Assembly (NCBI RefSeq): GCF_009914755.1
Contig: NC_060934.1
Strand: one strand, 5' to 3'
Length of the DNA stretch: 64,000 nt
Origin: the human T2T-CHM13v2.0 reference genome, Homo sapiens
In this document: in pieces, positions 32,978 through 47,580 of the stretch
Layout: every line of letters begins with the position of its first letter
Position numbering within the stretch: position 1 is the first letter of the stretch
Position numbers and translations under genes: made by a program
Notes under the pieces: model-generated
The model's database searches: none
What the model was told of the DNA's origin: nothing
Seen by the model: only the letters and a program-made list of their open reading frames with translations

Positions 32978-34993
32978 GCCTAGACCTGTGATACTGGCAC
33001 ATCAGTCACCTCTCTGGGCCTCCATCCCTAATTTATAAATTCAGAGGCTGCATTGCTGGGTTTAGAAGTTCCCTTTAATACCAAAAAGGTGCGAGTACAC
33101 ATATGTTCATATACCCCCAACCAGTGATCATCCACCAAACCTCATCCTGAGAGAATAATAATTTATGAAAAATGTACTAGAAAAAAACATAAAAGCACTG
33201 CAAAGCAGTCTCAGCAGCCATGCTCAGGGTAACTCCCAACAGGTCAAAGTACGACAAGCAACACAGAGTTCTAGAGAATGGTGCAGTAGTAGTCACAAAT
33301 GGCATGAGATCTTTTCACGAGTTTCACCTTATTTTAAGGAAAGACATTCATATAAATATGTGGCCTTATCAACAAAATGAATCATGAAACACAACTGCCT
33401 GATTCATCTAAAAGTTCACCTAAAAGGTTCCCCACCTCTAACTGTCCTGACTAATATAACATTGCATAAAGAAGGTAATTTTGCTTTGGCCTCGGATGAA
33501 TAAAACATGATCTTCTCACCTATGATTTGCTACGTTTCTGGGGCCCATGGCCTATTTCAGCATTATTAATAATCTGATGTAATTTGTGTTCATTACAGTA
33601 ATTAGAAATAATAGGAGCTTCTCATTTAAGGTAATTTGGTCACATTATGGCCACTCCTTATCTCAAATTTTAGCAAAACTGATGCATTTTAAAATATGAT
33701 AAAACTTTCTAATCCCATAATCTTCTGATTTATTTAATATATAGATTTTCAAAGTATATCCTCTGAAATATTAAAAAGAAAATTCAAAGACAAGGATCTT
33801 CAATAATTAAGCTGCTGCATGAAGCACAGAGCGACTGGTGCGATGTCACTGGGTCCAGAATGAGGGTGGAGACTGTTTGATGTGTACACTGCTTTGAAGA
33901 GGGGATAAAACAGCAATAAACCTTCATCACAAGATCTGAAATTCTCCATGGCACTAATGCACTGTAAATATTGATGTCTCTCTCTAGGTAAGGTGCCTTT
34001 TAAATAAGTGGAAGAAATGGTGATCTAATTATGAATTAGAGCAAATACCAAAGGGCAGACATATACATTTTTAACTGTTAAATATCCCACCCTTTCTTCT
34101 CATCAACTTGCCCAATGTCTCTCTTCCTTCATTCTTCAAGTCGTTTTTCAACTATTTAACCACTTAAGGCAATGAATAAAACTCTGCCAAGAAGACAGGC
34201 ATAAATCATCAAGGTATTTAATCGAATCTAAATATAATATGCAGTTACATGTGTGCTTTTAGAACTTATGATACAAACAGCAAAATTACTCTTCATGCAA
34301 AATGAAAACTGTCTCTCTCCCATCTTCAGGGCAATCATACATTTCCTAAAGAGACATCTAACCATGGGAAGAACCAAGTTATTATCACATGCTGTGGGGA
34401 TACAAACCTGTCATCACGATTGCAAAACCAACCTTCAGATATGTGTTACTCCTTTTCATAAAGGTATTTATCCATACTTCATTTATTTCCTAGAATCTTT
34501 GGAAGAAATTTGTGGAAGGCAGGGCAAGAAATAAGCTTTGAAAAGCAACAAATGACTCAGAGAGAAGGATATAAAAATGAATCTTATCACCTTGTTATTA
34601 AATTTTTTTTCTATATAAGCAATAAATACAGGATACTATGGTTGGAAGATGCTTAGTGATAAACTGAAATATTACATTTTACAGATAAGTGCAATGAGCA
34701 CCACAAACATAGTTTAAGGGCTAGGTCAATCACTATACTCCAAGAAGACCCAGCTGCATTGGGAGTACTTGGTAATTGACTCTGTGCAATTCAGATCTGA
34801 TCACATTGCTATCCAGACAAAAATAAAACGTATCAAAAGTACAAGATGCCTATATGTTGCACTTGAAACAACAGGTGATTTAATGGTAAGTTTAAGATAC
34901 ATTTCTGTGGATAACAGGATGTTTTCAATGGTTGCACTGAATCCAACACACATAAGGAGGGAAAATAAAGTCAAGGGGAAAAAAACATATGCA

Positions 34994-35269
34994 ATTTTCT
35001 TTCGAGACGGAGTTTCACTCTCGTTGCCCAGGCTGGAGTGTAATGGTGCGATCTCGGCTCACTGCAACCTCCGCCTCCCAGGTTTAAGTAATTATCCTGC
35101 CTCAGCCTTCCGAGTAGCTGGGATTACAGGCATGTGCCACCACGCCCAGCTAATTTTGTATATTTAGTAGAGACAGGTTTTCTCCATGTTGGTCAGGCTG
35201 GTCTCAAACTCCCGACCTCAGGTGATCCACCCACCTGGGCCTCCCAAAGTGCTGGGATTACAGGCGTGA
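34994..35269 (-). mobile_element. AluSp-like, slightly 5'-truncated
   Basis: ttctccatgttggtcaggc, cccgacctcagg; TSD atatgcaattttct. Confidence 0.92.
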
Positions 35270-35506
35270 ATATATGCAATTTTCTAATGACATATTAATG
35301 TTTCCATCCAAAAGCCAAGCATTTTTCTGAGGCATATTAAATCTATACCATTACAATTCTCACTCTGAAACTGACAATATAACCACTCTGATCAAAAATC
35401 TTCTAAACACTCACCTGAGTACAAGAAAAAATCTGAATAAGATTGTATACATTTTATATAAAGGCTGTATATTAATGTTATATAAATGTTAATATTGTGG
35501 TTGTGA

Positions 35507-35909
<403 letters not shown>

Positions 35910-36682
35910 TTTAAATTTTTTTTAAAGCACAAAGAGTTAAACAAAATCCCAGTTGCAAATTCTCAATGTCAAGGCCTGCCGCAATCGAGACTTAGGGTAC
36001 CTTCCTAACATTATTTCCGATAATATTCTTCTTATCACCCAATGTTTAGCCCCTACAGCCACTGCCGGTGCCCTGTAGCCTGTCCACACAGACAGCTCCC
36101 TGAACATGCACCACAGTAGACAACTGCATGGCGCACCAGTGCTGCAACTTCCATTATCAGGAACCTTTGCCCTCCTCTCCACCCACTTCAGTGTGTCCTG
36201 TACTCTACAAGTCCTCCTCAAATGACAGCACCTCCTCCAACCCATCAGATCTAGTATTTGTGTCCTGGCACCAAGTGTTTTGCGGACTCAGAGAGGGGTC
36301 TTTGAGGACAGTTTAGCAGAAAGACTGTTTCTAATATATGGCAGGATTAAGGAATGACAACAAAGGGTATAGTGCCCTCTGCTCACATGAGGCAAGGGGA
36401 GCTGTGACATTCCCCAGAGGGCCACAGCTGCACAAAAGCCACAGCCAGGAAGGCTGAATAAGCCTGCCTTTTCCATCTTTCCACTTCTGTCAATGCCCTG
36501 CTGCTGCAGTCCTTGCAGGCACAAGGCAGACGGCATAGAGCCTGGACAGTCAGTGTGAGGGGCTGGCCTCTTGGCATATGGAGCAGAGCACAGATAGGTG
36601 TGGAGGATCAAAGGAAACAATCCAGCTCAGACGTACTAGTAAAATTCCTCTGCCTCTTTCTCCTACTGCACCTTGCTTCTCC

Positions 36683-36981
36683 TTTTTTGTCTTTTTAGAG
36701 ACAAGGTCTTGCTCTGTCACCCAGGCTGGAGTGCAGTGCAAGATCACAGCTCACTGCAGCCTGGAACTCCTGGGCTTAGTGCTCCTCCAGCCTCAGCTGC
36801 ACCAGTAACTGAGACTATAGGTGGACACCACTACTCCCGGTTAATTAATTTTTTATTTTTTGTAAAAACAGGATTTCACAGTGTGGCCCAGGCTGGTCAC
36901 AAACTCCTGGCCTCAAAGTGAAACTCCCATCTCAGCCTCCTAAAGCCTTGAGATTACCAGCATGAACCACCTCGCCCAACC
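36683..36981 (-). mobile_element. AluJ
   Basis: Diverged dimer. Confidence 0.88.
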
Positions 36982-37174
36982 TGTTTCTACTTTTAACAGC
37001 ATCGGCCAGTTATTCAACTAGAGGACAAGTATTGACTCTATTCATTTTTACAACTCATCCACTCTAGACACACACCCCAACAAAGTAGGAACAAAATGTT
37101 TTAAAGTTGGCTAAGATATATCAGTCAGGAACAAAAATACTTCCCAATTCGTTTTTTAAATAGATGTATTCCAA

Positions 37175-37732
<558 letters not shown>

Positions 37733-38278
37733 AGGGACTCCTTTCCTTTCATCCCCAGGGTAGAACAGAGTGGTTAAGGGGCATAAGAAATGGACATCAG
37801 AGGTGAAAAGCCTTTGACTTCTCTCTTCCTGCCTCTCAGGCGAGAGTGAAGGACCTGGCCTGAGGCAATGATGTAAATGACCAGCTACTTATCAAAACAG
37901 GCATTGGCTACTGAATCCTGTGCATAAAAACGTGGTATCCCCAGGTCCTTTGCTAAGCCAGTACAGTTCAGGGGAAAAGTTAGTTGAGCCCCTGCCAGAC
38001 ACATCAGGGAGTGATCTGGCCACCCAGAGAGCAAATGGAAAGCAGCAGTTCACAACAATGACTTTTCCTCTTTTATATATATTTTGGTGTCCTTATTTTG
38101 CTATGGGAGAGCTACCATCCAGCTACTTCAACCAATACATATTTGATTAGCATCTAACTAGACATCATTATCCTAGTGATTTTCAAAACTAATAAATATG
38201 GGGCCAAGATGTTGAGAGTCATTTACTGTAGAAAAGTAGAAAAAAAAAATCACTCTAAAGTGAATCCCATTCTGACCA

Positions 38279-38914
38279 TTCATTCATTTATTTGAGACAG
38301 GGTCTTGCTCTGTCTCCCAAATGGGAGTAGAGTGGTACAATCATAGCTCACTGCAGCCTTAACTCCTGGCCTCAAGCAATCCACCCGCCACAGCCTCCTA
38401 TGTAGCTGGGACCACAGGTGCCCCCCACCATGCTCAGCTACAGGCACACACCACTGTGCCCTGCTAATTTTTATCTTTTTTTTTTTTTTTTTTTTTGAAG
38501 CAGCATCTTACTCTGCCTCCCAGAGTGGACTGCAGTGGCACCATCATTGCTCACTGCATCCTTGAGCTCCTGAGCTCAGGGAATCCTCCTGCCTCAGCCT
38601 CCCATGTAGCTGGACCCACAGGTGCCCCCCACCATGCCCAGCTAATTTTTTTATGTTCTGTAGAGACAGGGTCTCACTTCGTTGTCTAAGCTGGTCTTGA
38701 ACTCCTGGCCTCAAGTTATCCTCCCGCCTCAGCCTACCAAAGTGCTGGTACAGGCATGAGTCATCATGCCCGACCTGGCTAATGTTTCTATTTTTTAAAT
38801 TAATGGGTCTCGCTATATTACCAAGGCTGGTCTCAAACTCCTGGCCTCAAGCAGTCCTGCTGTCTCGGTCTCCCAAAGCGCTGGGATTACAGGTGTGAGC
38901 CCCTGCCCCAGGCC
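38279..38914 (-). mobile_element. AluJ with a second AluJ (~38476-38775) nested in its linker
   Basis: Right arm, full Alu, left arm; outer TSD tctgaccattca. Confidence 0.88.
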
Positions 38915-39310
38915 TCTGACCATTCAAAAAGGAACAAATCCTCTAACAGATTGCTACTCCCCAGCGACTGGCTCAGGACAGGTAAAAGGCAAATGTTAGT
39001 AAATGTCCAACAGGGACAGTTAGAAGAGTACTAAATACCATGAGAAGCCCAGATGAAAATAACTAAAGGTATTTACATACCTGGTACCAGAGACTTTCAC
39101 TGAGAGAATATTATGGAATTATTTTTCTAGATTCTTTTTGTACTTTCAGAAACATACCTTAATGAGCAATGAGGAGATTGAAGCTGAGACCAGGGGAATA
39201 TAAGGTGGAAAGAAACTGAGAGAAGAAAAAAGAAGCAAGTTAGAGGGAGGATAGAGGGGCATGTGAACAGGTAAGAGTGAGCTATTTTCCTTAAAATTAA
39301 AAAAAAAAAA

Positions 39311-39619
<309 letters not shown>

Positions 39620-39675
39620 ATGTGTTTCTCTTGCAGATGATAAACAAAAATGAACAAAACATGAGAAAGAAAAAA

Positions 39676-39968
<293 letters not shown>

Positions 39969-40164
39969 GGGGGGAAGCTTATGCTATTGTTATTTATAAT
40001 ATTGCTTTTCCTCATATATGTGCTGAGTAGGAGATGTGCTACCTTTCTATTTCCATATGGCCAACAGCCCCAGATAGAATGTAAGACCCACAAGGGGATA
40101 GAACGTATCTTTCTTCCTCACTGTCTCACCCTCAGTGCCCAAAACAGTGCCCGGAAAACTAAAT

Positions 40165-40785
40165 ACAGTTGATTCTAGTTTTGCACAATAGTTATGTTAT
40201 ATAAAGTAACTGTAAACACTGAATTAGCAAATACTCAACCACTGCTCCTAGGAGAAATACAAGGTTAGGTGGAGCCTCTGACCACAACCCTGTTGTTCAC
40301 CATTCAATACAGAGCCTTGCCTTAGGTGTGATCTGTATAAAGACATCTTAATTAATATATATTGCTGATTAAACTCACGGCTAACAGGACTATAACTCAT
40401 ACCTGAACAAAGCTTACCTAATAATATATTTTCTCCGGAAGGTATATCACAGACTAACTGTGCTTAGGAATGCTAGACATCATGTTGGTATTATGCTTGG
40501 GCGCCATTTTAACAGCAAAATCACCAGCAAAAAGCACGAAAAACATGGCACCAAATAGCCCATGAAAAGGACACTTTTTTAAAATATGAAAACCAGAGCA
40601 AGAAGGCAGTTTCCCATTCTTCAGCCTCAACTGGAAACATATTAGTCAAGTGACTCAAACTGTTTGCCATCCAACACATGTTCATGAATGAGCACAAAGG
40701 TGCCCCGAGTATTAATTTAGGAGCTACAAATAAATTTTAGCAAACAGCTAAAATCACAAATACGGACTTCACAAAGCATGAGAAT
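40165..40785 (+). mobile_element. MER82-like TcMar-Tigger element
   Basis: cagttgattct..aacactgaattagcaaatact..ctcctaggagaaatac. Confidence 0.7.
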
Positions 40786-41499
40786 TTTAGGTAAATATTT
40801 GCTAAATGAACGACTCTCATAAATCTTTAAAGGAACTATACCACTCCCTCTGTCAGATTCCATTCCAGATACTGCTCTTGTGCTTATTTTCTTCATAGGC
40901 AATCTTTTGACAGGAGTGTGCTGTTTCATTGCTCCTCTCGAGTACTCAACTAACATAGTTTTTGTTGTTGTTGTTTGTTGTTGTTGTTGTTTTGCCAAGA
41001 GTGCCATAAATGTCTTTCCCTTTATCAACCCATATTTTTGAGCCCCATGTCCCTAGGATCTCATAATATACAACATAGACCTGGTCTCTGCCCTCGTGAA
41101 GTTTTCAGTGCCCTGGAGAATGTAGACATGATCCAGCACTTCAGCGTGATCCTGCTGCTTCATAAGTACACAGCACTACAGGAACATCTAAGAGAGGCAC
41201 TGTCTTTAAGAGCTTTAGCAAAGACTTCAAGTGAAAAATAACTGCTAAATTTTACCTATGAACCTTTTGCATTCTCCTGCAGGCCACCTCTTGTGGAAAG
41301 CCTCTGACCACTCCTCCACAAGCTCCTTTCGTGGCTGCCAGATCGTGTCATTGTGTTTGCCATGCTGCCCTCCTAGGTTTTAGGACCTTCCTCCTCATTG
41401 GCAACCCACTCCTAGACAACCTCACCTTTCACTGTCATATCCACAGAGGCCAGGCCCTTAAAAGTATCCGAGACAAGTCTCAATCAATTTAGAAGTTTA

Positions 41500-41874
<375 letters not shown>

Positions 41875-42339
41875 TTACAGCTTGATTTTATACATTTTAG
41901 GGGACAGAAGTTATAAGCAGACATCAATCAATACATGTAAGGTGTACACTGGTTTAGTTTGGAAAGGTAGGACAATGAAGCAAGGGATTCCGGGTCATAG
42001 ATTCAGAGCTTTTTGACTGTCAATTGGTTGAAAGAGTTAAGTTATTATCTAAAGATCTGGAATAAACAGAAAGGAGTATCTGGGTTAATATAAGGGGTTG
42101 TGGAGCCCAAGGTTCTTACTATGCAGATGAAACCTCCAGGTAGCAGGCTTCAGGGAGAATAGATGGTAAATGATTTTTAATCAGACTTAAAAAGGTGTCA
42201 GACTCCTTGCGAGAGAGATTTGTGGGGCCATTTCAAAATACATCACAGAAATATATTTTGGGGTAAAATACTTTGATTTCTTTAAGGTCCAGCTACCTGT
42301 CATTTTGTTATATATTTTATTGCTACAAAGAGACTATAA

Positions 42340-42653
<314 letters not shown>

Positions 42654-43064
42654 TGTTTTAATGTTAATGCTGGTCAGTAATACCTGAATTCCAAAGGGAG
42701 GAGGGTATAAAAAGGTACATCCAATCCCCCTTTCCCATCATGGCCCGAACTAGTTTTCAGGTTTACATTGGTATGTTCTTGGCCAAGAATGGGTCCATTC
42801 AGTTGGTTAGGGGTCTTAAAATTTTATTTTTTGTTTACAGTCTGTTTTGGTTTTGTTTCAGGGCAATGGTGGTGGTGCCTGGCCAGATGAATGGGGCAGA
42901 AGGAAGACAATACATGAGCAGAGAAAACTGCATGTGCAAAAGCCAGACACTGAAATTCAAGAGAATTAAAGAAACTACAAGAAATTCAGTATGGCTGTAC
43001 CAGATGTGATTGGAAACAATGTGATTAGAAGGTGACAAAGCAAACAAGGTAGCTTTGGATGAGG

Positions 43065-43255
43065 CAACTCAGTGTCTTCTAAGTCAGAGACTGTCAAAGG
43101 TTGATGTGCACAGAAACCACCTAGGAATCTTGTTAAAGAGCTTCAGTAGGTCTGGAATGGGTAGGATCTGAAATTCTGCATTTCATTGTCCTGGTGACAT
43201 CAGTGCTGCTGGTCTGAGTGACCATTACCCTTTTGTGACTCTGAGCAGCAGGGCT
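43065..43255. mobile_element. MER5-type hAT MITE
   Basis: cacctaggaatcttgttaaa..ttcagtaggtctgg..ctgcatttc. Confidence 0.65.
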
Positions 43256-44736
43256 ATGTCATACTATATACATATAATTGCTATATATAAAATAAATATA
43301 TTATATATGTACACATATATAATTCAGCTGTGATTTTTAAAAATGTGAACTTCATACTGGCAGTCACGGATCCTCATCATTTCTCAGCTTGATTTATTCT
43401 CTCTCTCCAGGCCTGGCCGTCTCCAAGTCATCCTCTACAAAGCACTCATGATACCTTTTGTAAACCACAAATCAGACGTCATAACTCAGAATTTTCGGTC
43501 TGCTTGGGGCACAAGACCATTTTTGTATCCTCTGTGAGCTGAACAATGTCTCTGCACCCTTACACTCAACTGGAACACTCTGCAACTACAGAAGGCCAAA
43601 GAGGCTTCCAAGTTCTCTCTTCTGGGCCTCTTCTCACTCACTCTCTTTTCTAAGGTCGGCCGGGCAGGCATTGCCATCTCTGAGAAGTTTAAAAGGTTTC
43701 TACAGACTAAGTGAAATCATGCTTGACTTCACTTAGATCTGGTACTTTCTCATCTGTCTGCCTCATTAAATTTTGTGATTCTACCCCCAGTTTTTAATCC
43801 AGCAAAGGACACCGAGAAAATGTTTGTTAAAGTGTTACTGTATAAATAAATTAAGAAAATGAATGACTTCCATCTTGAGATACAGGACTTCCATCTATCT
43901 CTGTCCTTTTCACATTGATTGTCTCAAGTATTGAAAGGGCAATCTCTGTAGCAAAGAAACAATTACAGATGTTGGAAGGCCCCAGAGAACAAAAAAAAGG
44001 GTTTTCTACCAGGAAAAGGACAAAGAATTGCCGCTTCAAATATTGGTGATAAACTCCCTGGCTAGAAATCCCATCCAGGTTTTACTTTTTTTTTTTTTTA
44101 ACTATTAATTTTGCACTATGGTCCTTCATGCAGTGCTGACTCCCTTATGAGAATATCTGAGTGGGAGTCAATCTAAATTAATTCTTCACATATAATTTTA
44201 TAGGTATATCTGCACCAAATTCCTCATATCACTTTCATTTTACCAATTTAGTTCAACAATCATGTAATTAAATTTTAAAATTATAACTTCATCTAACAAG
44301 TAATTTGTCTTTCAAAAATTGACATTGACTATTGATTGCATTGCAGATATTCTCTAAATGCTCAATGCCCTCTCCTTTGACATTTGTCTTCTATTATTTT
44401 ATTAAGGATTCAAATACAGCAGTAACTGTCAAGCATTATTCCCCCATTTCTTTATTATTATAACCTTTACTCCACAATACTATATAAAAGCGTAATCTTT
44501 TTCTCTTACCTGGGGACTAGCAATTTGCCAATTTCATTTGCCAGTTTTCTGTCACCTCAGGATGTGCGTTTGAAGCTCCTGCACTTTACAAGATTTCATA
44601 ATTATCCCAGTGTATGTTGACCATCAACAATTACTTCACAGCAGCAAGCCTCTCTACAACTATGAGGTGTTAAACTTCCACTGTAATCTCCATACTTCAT
44701 TTTTATCAGAGCTGGGCTTTTCATCTTGCACATGAA

Positions 44737-44912
44737 TTTTTTATTTTTATTTTATTTATTTATTTTTATTTATTTATTTTTTGAGACAGAGTCTCGCTCT
44801 GTCACCCAGGCTGGAGTGCAGTGATGCAATCTGGGCTCACTGCAGCCTCAACCTCCCAGGCAGAAGGGATCCTCCCACCCCTGCCTCCTGAGCAGCTGGG
44901 ACCACAGGCACT
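44737..44912 (-). mobile_element. AluJ right arm with (TTTA)n tail
   Basis: Alu sequence stops at accacaggca. Confidence 0.88.
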
Positions 44913-44936
44913 GGGATGCAAATGAATCTTCATGGT

Positions 44937-45458
44937 ACTAAAACCCTTTTTTTTTTGCCCCCGACATCTAAATCTCTTTTACTGGGGGAAGTGGGCCTCT
45001 CACGGACACGCAGAGTGCCCTCTGTGCACGGCTTGCTCGTGAGCACTGCTTCCTGTGTCCTGGGGCTTCCTAACCATGGGATGTGCAGGGCCTCAAGGCC
45101 GTCGTCCGCCTGGAAGCCCAGCACCGCTGTGGCCGGGGCTGTGGCCATGCACTTTGGCTGGTGAAGCTACACTCTCCCAGCGTCTTGCCAACATCCAAGA
45201 GCTGGTCATCCCTGTACAGCTGCTGAGGATGCCCTCGACGATGCACTTCAACTCAAACACCATGCTAGACACCCTGGCATCTGTGAAGATGGTGATGCAG
45301 TGGCACTTGATCATGAGGAACACGCTATCTCTGTGGCCACCTCTCCCTTCAGCACACATGCACGGCCATGTTCTGCCGGGTTCCCAGCAGCCAGCGCCCA
45401 CAGCCCAGCATGCCATGCGCATGGCCCCGCCGCTTGCCCGCCCCACTAAAAGCTTTCT
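44937..45458 (-). pseudogene. ELOBP4: Processed pseudogene of Elongin B (ELOB/TCEB2); possibly the copy named ELOBP4 (copy number from memory only)
   Basis: [33 protein letters not shown] aligns to ELOB [33 protein letters not shown]; other frames give [22 protein letters not shown] and [18 protein letters not shown]. Intronless, ATG changed to ATA (45328-45326), frameshifts and two deletions, AGTAAA signal, A10 tail (44947-44956), degenerate TSD AGAAAGCTTTTAGT / AAAAGGGTTTTAGT. CDS-equivalent about 45021-45328. Confidence 0.92.
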
Positions 45459-45500
45459 AAGGAGGTTTACAAAGTCTTTCTTCCAAAGACAAATATCTAC

Positions 45501-45720
45501 AGCTGGGCGCAATGGTTCAAGCCTGTAATCTCAGAACTTTGGGAGGCTGAAGTGGGAAGATCATGTGATGTCAGGAGTTCTAGACCAGCCTGGCCAAGAT
45601 GGTGAAACCCTGTCTCTACTAAAAATACAAAAATTAGTTGGGCGTGGTGGTGCATGCCTGTAGTCTCAGCTACTAGGGAGGCTGAGGCAGGAGGCAGAAG
45701 AATCGTTTGAACTGGAAGGC
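45501..45720 (+). mobile_element. AluS lacking its 3' end
   Basis: Left arm and partial right arm. Confidence 0.88.
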
Positions 45721-46199
45721 CAATAATCCCTCCAGGATGTTCCATTCTGGTGAGGACAGGACAAAGCATACACATGTGAACACAGACTACGCCACGAAGA
45801 GATCAGTGCTAGGAACAAAAATGAAGTAAAGGATCGGATGCTGCCGGAAGTTGAAAAGCTTTATTTTCTACAGGGGGAGTATGACGGAAGCACTTTAAAA
45901 ACATTCAAATGGCTCATTATCCACTTCTCTGTCTTAACTGTTCCAGTTTCAAATTAATTCCTTACCACACAACCCTGTACACACTGGCGATTAATAAAGC
46001 CATTTGGCACCAACTGGTTGCTCCAAGGCAGCAATAAGACTTCATGGCTCTGAAACATATGGCTGCGTGTCTGTTTATATTACCTTCAAAGTGCAGAGAT
46101 CTTTCATAGCTAATCTAAACCATTCATTCTCCTCCTTAAGGAAAGAGTAATGTAAAAGTAAACATGCCTTGATCATTTATAATGAGCCAATTAAGTCTG

Positions 46200-46460
46200 T
46201 AATCACTAACATTTGTTGAGCATTCACTATGGGTTATGTATATGCTAAGAACCTTAATGTCATGACTGATCAAATCCTCAGAATAAGGCTATAAAATAGG
46301 TTCTATTATTATTCCCATTTTATAGGTATTCCTATTTTACAGGTATGAAGACTTGGTGTTACAGAGATAAGATATCCTGGCAAAAGTTAATCTAACAATA
46401 ATTAGTGGAGATAAAAATCCAAGCCTCAGTCGTCAAGCCACAGAAAACATGCTCCTATCC
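46200..46460 (-). mobile_element. MIR
   Basis: aacatttgttgagc..attattcccatttt. Confidence 0.65.
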
Positions 46461-46989
46461 AGTATGCATGAAATCCAGGAACACCAAGAACTGAAAGAAA
46501 GACTCTCTGGTTTATTTGCACCTTTCTCACCTACATCTACCATCACTGCCATCACACGGTAGGAGTGCAGTAAATGCACATTAGCTGAACTCAACCACAC
46601 TGCAAGTCAGAGCTGGAAGAAAAGACACTATTCATTAGACAATGACTCATCTCATGCTTGGATCTTGTAATCATTCTTCACAGGGAAAAAGAAAGACCAT
46701 GAAAAACATTTTAAGAATGAAATAAGTTCCCTTTAGCTAAGACGAGCAAACAGAAAATTCATCACAATTTATTTTATTATTAGGGGATTTGTGAGAAGAA
46801 ATGGGGAGTGGTACATTGAAGGAAGGGCACATTACAGAGAGAGAGAGAGAGAGACAGAGGGAGAGGGTGTGTGTACACAAAACAAAATGCTCGTGCTTCA
46901 TATCTATGTCAGAACATTTACTGGGATTAACAGAAATGCGTTGGGTGCCCTTAATCTATACATTCACAAAGTATGTCACTAACATCTTT

Positions 46990-47037
46990 GCCTCCCGAAA
47001 GTGCTGGGATTACAGGCATGAGCCACCACGCCCAGCC
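46990..47037 (-). mobile_element. Alu 5'-terminal 48-bp remnant
   Basis: gcctcccgaaagtgctgggattacaggcatgagccaccacgcccagcc. Confidence 0.88.
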
Positions 47038-47254
47038 TGTCAATATAGTCTTGTGTATTTTCACCAAAAGAGTCTTCCCAGTCAAATGTTTAGTCAATTT
47101 AAGATAATATACTTAGCACTCAGTACAGACTAACTCTTTCTTACATATACTGTTCCTATACTAACCTCAACAAAAAGTGGAAAATCCAGGGCAGTACTTA
47201 AGACCTCCCCATCCAAACGTCACACTTGTTTGTATACTCTTTGAGTTATATATG

Positions 47255-47580
47255 TGGTTCTAACACTTCACCAGTCATTAAAATGACGTGGGAATACTCT
47301 GTAAAATGCTGGTTCCAGGATCCCCATCAGAAATACTGAAAATTTGGTCTAGGAAGAAGCCCAGGAATTACTTTCACAAGCTCTTCAGGTCATTGTAACA
47401 TGCAGCCAAGACAGCTCTAGAAGAGAATTATTGCTCTAGAAGAGACAGCATTGCATATCAGCCCTAAGGGACCTCATGAAAAATACAGATTCTGAATGAA
47501 TAGGTCTGGATGGGGCCTGAGACTCTGCATTTCCATCAAGTCCCCAGACGATGGAGTCACTAGCCACACCGGCTATTTAG
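47255..47580. mobile_element. Two MER5-type remnants
   Basis: taggtctggatggggcctgagactctgcatttc. Confidence 0.55.

Noticed and set aside
35937-36620. Cluster of 60-110 aa ORFs in a GC-richer patch
   Set aside because: No recognisable homology or splice pairing; probably old repeat-derived sequence.
44503-44512. Strong sense-strand donor CAG|GTAAGA
   Set aside because: No convincing acceptor or pyrimidine tract within exon distance upstream.
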